A stretch of 64,000 nucleotides of DNA from Minisyncoccota bacterium (GTDB taxonomy: Bacteria > Patescibacteriota > Minisyncoccia > Phycocordibacterales > UBA6065). This document shows, piece after piece, positions 59,016-64,000 of this stretch (positions are counted from its first letter, which is position 1; each line of letters starts with the position of its first letter). The notes below the pieces were generated by a model. That model saw only the letters and a list, made by a program, of their open reading frames with translations. It ran no database searches and was not told the DNA's origin. The translations under genes and the position numbers were made by a program. The DNA lies in the NCBI GenBank assembly GCA_041661645.1, contig JBAZUA010000001.1, positions 192,189 through 256,188 of the forward strand, written 5' to 3'.

Positions 59016-60263
59016 CTAATTCCTCCCCAGGATGGAATCAAGGGTGTTCTTTCGGACGATCATGCGGGCCGGTATATATCCCGCGACCAGAGTGGTGATG
59101 ACCAAGAGCAGTATCCTGAACATGGTCTCCCCGAAAGGCGCCACCAGGATGCCGTCGGAGAACGGGAAGTCGATTGGGTTGGCGGCGATGTACGGCTGGA
59201 GGAGGCCGAAGAGGACGGCAAGGCCTATCGACGAGCCGAGGACCGCATAGAAGATGGACTGGAAGACGTATGAGGTCTCGATTGCGGTGCCGCTGATGCC
59301 GATGCCCTTCATGATGCCGATGAACTTGCGGCGGGTGATGGCATTGATGAAGATGACGATGAATATTGTGATCGATGCGACCGCGAGGCCAATCGAACTG
59401 ATCATGTTGCCGAGCAGGGCAAAGGTCGCCTTGATGTCCTGGAGGAACTTTGGCTGGGCGTCCTCGAAGGTCTGCACGCGGGCATATTCGGCGACACCCG
59501 ACCTGATGAGGCCGTCGCGCACGGCGATCGGATCGCTTCCGGGCCTGAGCTTCATGGAAATCTCGTCCACGTTGTAGTCGTCACGCCCGATGAGCCCGCG
59601 AAGCTGGCTGTCAACGAAGAACACGCGGAAGCCAAGCTCGTCCACCTTGGACTTGATGATGCCCTTTATGGTCATCTCGCGGGTGATGCCGCCCACCTTG
59701 ATACGGACCTTGTCGCCGATATTGATGTCAGAGAGCGTGGTGAAGCCAGGGGACTCGATCGGAAGGTATTTCTTGAGGAGGTTCGCGCCGATGAGAATCT
59801 GATCATAGTCATCCGACTTGAGGTACTCGCCCTCGACGATGAACTTGGACAGGTGGGTGACGCCGTCCTCGGCCGCAGGGTCGATGCCGACAAAGCTCGA
59901 TGCGGCGCTCTCGATGTCCTCGGTCTTTGCCGCCTCCTTGTAATGCGCCTGGATACTGCCGCCCTCGATATAGCGGGCCGTGTATGCGGCGGCCTCGGGC
60001 AATGCCGACACGATAGAGAGGATCTTTGGGGTCTGCTCGATGTAGTCCTTCTTGGGGAGCTTCGAGAGTATGACGTCGCTCGTGTAGTAGACACGGTTAG
60101 CATCGACGGACCCCTGAATGAGGCCAACAAGCACGCCGGACACCACCACGAGGTTGAGGAAGGTCAGCACCATGACGAAGACGATGAGGCTCGTCGTCCA
60201 GACGCTCGCCCTGCGGATCTGGCGCAGGGCCAGGAAGAATCCTATGCGTATGAATTGCGGCAT
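59016..60263 (-). CDS. ABC transporter permease (FtsX/MacB type)
   Basis: TM1, large extracellular domain, RR..IGIMK.IG, three TMs. Confidence 0.92.
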   Translation of the reverse strand: MPQFIRIGFFLALRQIRRASVWTTSLIVFVMVLTFLNLVVVSGVLVGLIQGSVDANRVYYTSDVILSKLPKKDYIEQTPKILSIVSALPEAAAYTARYIEGGSIQAHYKEAAKTEDIESAASSFVGIDPAAEDGVTHLSKFIVEGEYLKSDDYDQILIGANLLKKYLPIESPGFTTLSDINIGDKVRIKVGGITREMTIKGIIKSKVDELGFRVFFVDSQLRGLIGRDDYNVDEISMKLRPGSDPIAVRDGLIRSGVAEYARVQTFEDAQPKFLQDIKATFALLGNMISSIGLAVASITIFIVIFINAITRRKFIGIMKGIGISGTAIETSYVFQSIFYAVLGSSIGLAVLFGLLQPYIAANPIDFPFSDGILVAPFGETMFRILLLVITTLVAGYIPARMIVRKNTLDSILGRN

Positions 60264-60269
60264 GATTGA

Positions 60270-61703
60270 TTATTTTGCGACCGTCGGATTGAGGAGCACG
60301 GAATCCCCTTCCACGAGTCCCGAAAGCACCTCGACATTGCCCTCAGAGTCAGACATACCGAGACCAATGACCTTCTGGACGCTGTCATCGGAGGTCTTGA
60401 GAAAGACGCTATTCGACCCATCCTTCGAGACTACGGAGCGAAGCGGGATGACGAGCGCGCCCGCCTTGCGGAAGGTCTCGATCGTCACATTGGCGGTCAT
60501 GCCCGACCTCACCCTCTCGTCAGCCGCATCGAAGGCGAGCTCGACCTTGTAGTTTGAGACGCCGTCACGGATGGTCTCGGCCGGATCGACGCGGAACATC
60601 TTTGCCGGAAAAAAGACTGATGAGCCATAGGCATCAAGGGTGGCGGTTGCCGCATTCCCCACCGACACTCCGGCGATGAGAATCTCGGGAACATAGGCGT
60701 CAATGCGGTAGCCCCTGCTTATGACGGAGACGAGCGCCTGATTGGGCGACACGGCCTGCCCGACCTTGGCGTCCTGAACCGAGACCACCCCCGATATCGG
60801 CGACACGATTGTGGTGCGAGACAGGTTCGCCTGAAGGCTCTGAACCATGGCAAGCGCGGCGCTCACCTTTGCCTGCTGTACGGGCACGTCTGACAGCGCC
60901 TGATTCAGGCTGTCCTCGGCCGATATGAGATTCGACAGAGAGGAGTTGACGTTCTGGCGGGCCAGGGCGACATCGGCCTTGTATTTGTCGATGCTTGCCT
61001 GGGACAATGACCCGTCTGCCCGGAATATGTTCACGGCCCGAGATACGTTGTTGAGGAAGGAGGATATAGTGGCGAGATATTTTCGAGCGGTCTCGGCGTC
61101 GGGACGATGCGCCCTCCAGGAGTCGAACGTCTCCTTGACGATGAGCCTCTGATAGTTGATGGTCGCCTCGAGATCGTCCGTGTCGTTGAAGGCGTTCACT
61201 ATCTCGGGATTGACCGTGTCGGGATTGGTGAAGAACTGGTCGGTCTTGTTGCGAATCGCGTCGTCGGCATTGCTATAGGCGCCGTCGATGGCCTGGGCGA
61301 GGGTGGCCTGGGCGGCCGCCGTCTTTGAGTCGAGCTGGGCGGATCCACCGAGTCGGACCAGCTCTGCCTGGGCCGAGGCGAGGTCAGCCTTTGCCTTGAG
61401 CACGTCGGCGTTGAGGGCGGCCGAATCGAGGGTCACGAGCACGTCGCCCGCGCTCACCGAATCCCCCACCCTCTTATAGACGCCCGCGACCGTGCCTCCG
61501 ATCTCGAATCCGAGGCTCGCGCTGTCCGTGGCCACGACCTTGCCGCTTATCTTCACCGTCTTGATGAGGTCATGCCTGGCGACGACGACTGTCTCGCCCG
61601 CCCCCTTCGAGCCTGAACTGAAGGTCGCGAACGCGAGAGCGAGGATGGCTATTCCGGTCGCTGAAAGGATAATCGTCTTGTGCTTCCTGATGAATGTGAA
61701 CAT
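60270..61703 (-). CDS. Efflux periplasmic adaptor (MacA/HlyD type)
   Basis: VGD.V.AGDVL, I.SPISGVV, GMTANV.I, VEVLSGL.EGD. Confidence 0.92.
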   Translation of the reverse strand: MFTFIRKHKTIILSATGIAILALAFATFSSGSKGAGETVVVARHDLIKTVKISGKVVATDSASLGFEIGGTVAGVYKRVGDSVSAGDVLVTLDSAALNADVLKAKADLASAQAELVRLGGSAQLDSKTAAAQATLAQAIDGAYSNADDAIRNKTDQFFTNPDTVNPEIVNAFNDTDDLEATINYQRLIVKETFDSWRAHRPDAETARKYLATISSFLNNVSRAVNIFRADGSLSQASIDKYKADVALARQNVNSSLSNLISAEDSLNQALSDVPVQQAKVSAALAMVQSLQANLSRTTIVSPISGVVSVQDAKVGQAVSPNQALVSVISRGYRIDAYVPEILIAGVSVGNAATATLDAYGSSVFFPAKMFRVDPAETIRDGVSNYKVELAFDAADERVRSGMTANVTIETFRKAGALVIPLRSVVSKDGSNSVFLKTSDDSVQKVIGLGMSDSEGNVEVLSGLVEGDSVLLNPTVAK

Positions 61704-61749
61704 GCGTGTTATTATTTATATCCCCCTATCTTACTACAAAAAAGCGTTG

Positions 61750-61821
61750 TGACCCTACAGAGAATCGAACTCTGATTACAGCCTTGAAAAGGCCGTGTCC
61801 TAACCGTTAGACGATAGGGCC
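61750..61821 (-). tRNA. tRNA-Glu(TTC)
   Basis: GGCCCTA/TAGGGTC, loop TTTTCAA. Confidence 0.95.
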
Positions 61822-61898
61822 ATTGCGGCCAAATATAGCAATATTTTGTAAAAATCGCAAAAATGTGAGAGTATGTGGAGCGCATCGGTTGCGGTCAC

Positions 61899-61985
61899 GG
61901 AGAGGTGGCAGAGTGGTCGAATGCACCAGTTTCGAAAACTGGCAGGCTCGAAAGGGTCTCGGGAGTTCGAATCTCCCCCTCTCCG
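61899..61985 (+). tRNA. tRNA-Ser(CGA)
   Basis: GGAGAGG/CCTCTCC, loop TTCGAAA, long variable arm. Confidence 0.95.
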
Positions 61986-62076
61986 CAGTCAGACTTTTTT
62001 ATCGGCAGACCCTGAGGCCTATGGATTTAGACAAAAGAAAACCGCCCGACGAGAGCCAGGAGGCTTTCGTGGACGG

Positions 62077-62565
62077 TCAAACCGTCGAAACTGCAAGAAC
62101 GAGATATTGTTCGGTCATATCTCTGTCCCAGATGAAGCTCTGAGCATCATTTTGCAAACCAATTCCAGGGACGTCGCTCTCGTCGCCGTCGTAGCCGAAG
62201 ATGGGGCCTCGACGGGCCGCGAGCGGCTGCTCCTTGCGAAACATCTCAACTTCGAAACGATTCGCGGGGCGGAGACCCATTTTTCCGAGCTTCTCTATCA
62301 TCTCTTCGGGCCGATGCATCATCTTGCCAAATTTGATGAGGTGGGCTTCGCCACCCTCGATGCCTTTCAACTCGAGACGAGTCAAGAGACCTCGTTCGAT
62401 GCCGACCACCGCATGGTGGTTGCCTTTGACATGGGCCGCAGGATCAAAGATAGCCGGAAAAATTCCTACCTCCAAGATGTCCTGAAACCTTTCGGGTGTC
62501 ATCTTATGCTGCTCGAGGAGTTGGAGGAAGTTTGCTAGCTGACCAGACGTAATCGTAGTTTTCAT
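62077..62565 (-). CDS. Hypothetical protein
   Basis: ITSGQ...F; LIKFG...EE....L.KMGLRPA motif. Confidence 0.65.
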   Translation of the reverse strand: MKTTITSGQLANFLQLLEQHKMTPERFQDILEVGIFPAIFDPAAHVKGNHHAVVGIERGLLTRLELKGIEGGEAHLIKFGKMMHRPEEMIEKLGKMGLRPANRFEVEMFRKEQPLAARRGPIFGYDGDESDVPGIGLQNDAQSFIWDRDMTEQYLVLAVSTV

Positions 62566-62908
62566 GACGAATCTTTTCGTTTCAGAAGCTATCCCCTATG
62601 AGAGGTAGCATGGGATTGTGCTTGGTCAACCGTTGTGGTTTACCATAGCCCTGAAACTCCTGTGAGAGGCTCGGGGCTATGGTAAACGAGTTTTAATGTA
62701 CTGATTTAACTTTATATATTATAACTCTTTTATATGTATATTGTCAAGTAATGCGTCTGTGACCCGTAGACCTTATTTAGAGCCATGAAATGGTGCTAAA
62801 ATATGCTTACAAGGTCTCATTGGGAAAGTTCGAATCCCTGAGACACCGCCAACAACAAAAAGGCGCCGTACGAACGGCGCCTTTTTCTTACACTTTCTTC
62901 CCCACCCT

Positions 62909-63286
62909 TTATGCCGACACCACCCCACCCTTCCCCATCTTCTGATACCCCACGTACGAAACGACCAGTATCACCATCGCGATGATCGGGAAATACGCCA
63001 CACCAAAACCGTCGACGACCGCGATGCTGACAAAGGCCGCGATGAAATCGATGGCGAAGCCGGCATACGCCCATTCCTTGACCCTCTTTGGGACGAACGG
63101 GAGAATCAGCGCCAATGCGCCGAGAACCTTGAAGACGGTGAGCATGTTGCCGAAATACAGAGGATAGCCCAGGTGAGTGAAGCCGTCCTTTGACATCTGT
63201 GACTGCGAGGTGAGCGCGGGCATGACGCCCTCGAGCAGGAATATAAGCGAAGTCGCGATCCAAAACGATATTTTTGCTTTTTTCAT
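62909..63286 (-). CDS. DoxX-like membrane protein
   Basis: HLGYP.YF, K.LG, KEWAYAGF. Confidence 0.9.
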   Translation of the reverse strand: MKKAKISFWIATSLIFLLEGVMPALTSQSQMSKDGFTHLGYPLYFGNMLTVFKVLGALALILPFVPKRVKEWAYAGFAIDFIAAFVSIAVVDGFGVAYFPIIAMVILVVSYVGYQKMGKGGVVSA

Positions 63287-63348
63287 GGTGACTCTATTTT
63301 AACATTATTCATGCGGCGCGCTATACTGGAAAGACATAAACCATTCAT

Positions 63349-63678
63349 ATGATTAAAGAGCAACTCAAGGGCTTCGTGGATTTCATCAGGACGCAGGGCG
63401 TGGCCGGATTCGCCATCGGATTCATACTCGGCAAGGCGATATCGGACCTCGTCGCCTCGCTCGTGAGCGACATCATCAATCCGACCATCGGGCTCTTCCT
63501 CGGCAGATTCAACAGCCTCTCGGCCCTGAGTCTGAACGTGCACGGATCGATCATCGCCTATGGGAAGTTCATATCCCTCCTCATCAACTTCGTCATCGTG
63601 GCGGCCGTCGTCTATTTCGGCATCAAGAAGCTGAGCGAGCTCCTCGACAAGCCAAAGGGCGCGCCGGAGGCGAAATAG
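63349..63678 (+). CDS. mscL: Large-conductance mechanosensitive channel
   Basis: F..FI....V...AIGFILG.A...LV.SLV.DII.P, YG.FI..LINF. Confidence 0.9.
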   Translation: MIKEQLKGFVDFIRTQGVAGFAIGFILGKAISDLVASLVSDIINPTIGLFLGRFNSLSALSLNVHGSIIAYGKFISLLINFVIVAAVVYFGIKKLSELLDKPKGAPEAK

Positions 63679-63753
63679 GCCGGATACTTTCCTTTATTTT
63701 TTGTTTAAGATTTCTTGGCGGTTCTTTGAATGCCCGTCGTGTATCATGCCCCC

Positions 63754-64000
63754 ATGAAATCACGGTGGGCGCACGTAAAGGAGGAGGTCATTTCCCTCAG
63801 ACAAGAGGGCGCCTCGATGAACGAGATCGAGGCGAGGTTTGGCGTGCCGAAATCGACACAGAATAGCTGGTTCTGGAAAATCGAATTACCCGAAGAGGCT
63901 CGCGCGATTCTCAGGCAGAAGAAAAAAGGACACCTGATCGAGGCTCGCAAAAAAGCAGTTGAATGGCACAACACGGAAAAGGCAAAGAGACTTGAGGCGG
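63754..64000 (+). CDS. HTH plus LAGLIDADG-like protein (truncated by the window edge)
   Basis: MKSRWAHVKEEVISLRQEGASMNEIEARFGVPKSTQNSWF..., same N-terminal pattern as 21621-22328; not in the ORF track. Confidence 0.7.
   Translation, partial: MKSRWAHVKEEVISLRQEGASMNEIEARFGVPKSTQNSWFWKIELPEEARAILRQKKKGHLIEARKKAVEWHNTEKAKRLEA

Noticed and set aside
1-64000. CRISPR array, rRNA, integrase, transposase, reverse transcriptase
   Set aside because: No regularly spaced identical repeats or diagnostic motifs were seen

Overview
64 kb of bacterial chromosome, most likely Patescibacteria/CPR (Parcubacteria-like). This is an inference from the short IF2, a TrbC/VirB2-like pilin cluster, HTH-LAGLIDADG-like proteins, the absence of biosynthetic genes and tRNAs mostly without encoded CCA. 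Standard genetic code. The housekeeping backbone (dnaX, dus, serS, dprA, topA, parB, miaA, rarA, rpmG, alr, clpB, iscS, infB, rbfA, gyrA, rpsA, pth, lepB, ybeY, ftsA, ftsZ, trxB, a MacAB-like ABC system, mscL) and 11 tRNAs are interleaved with small accessory genes. Main observations: (1) downstream of tRNA-Gln, a run of 1-2 gene cassettes is separated by degenerate copies of the tRNA 3' end (TGGTTG...GAACC), an integron-like tRNA-anchored array, with a similar remnant after tRNA-Ser. (2) Two highly structured intergenic RNA candidates of about 240-320 nt, each with its own promoter, lie on either side of the rpsA region. (3) A three-way-junction element occurs twice with the same core but different closing stems. 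(4) There are three tandem diverged paralogues, an orphan DGR-target-like gene, pervasive leaderless promoters, several degenerate enzyme paralogues, and three interrupted genes. No rRNA, CRISPR array, integrase, transposase or reverse transcriptase was recognised. All calls were made by eye; no database searches were run.
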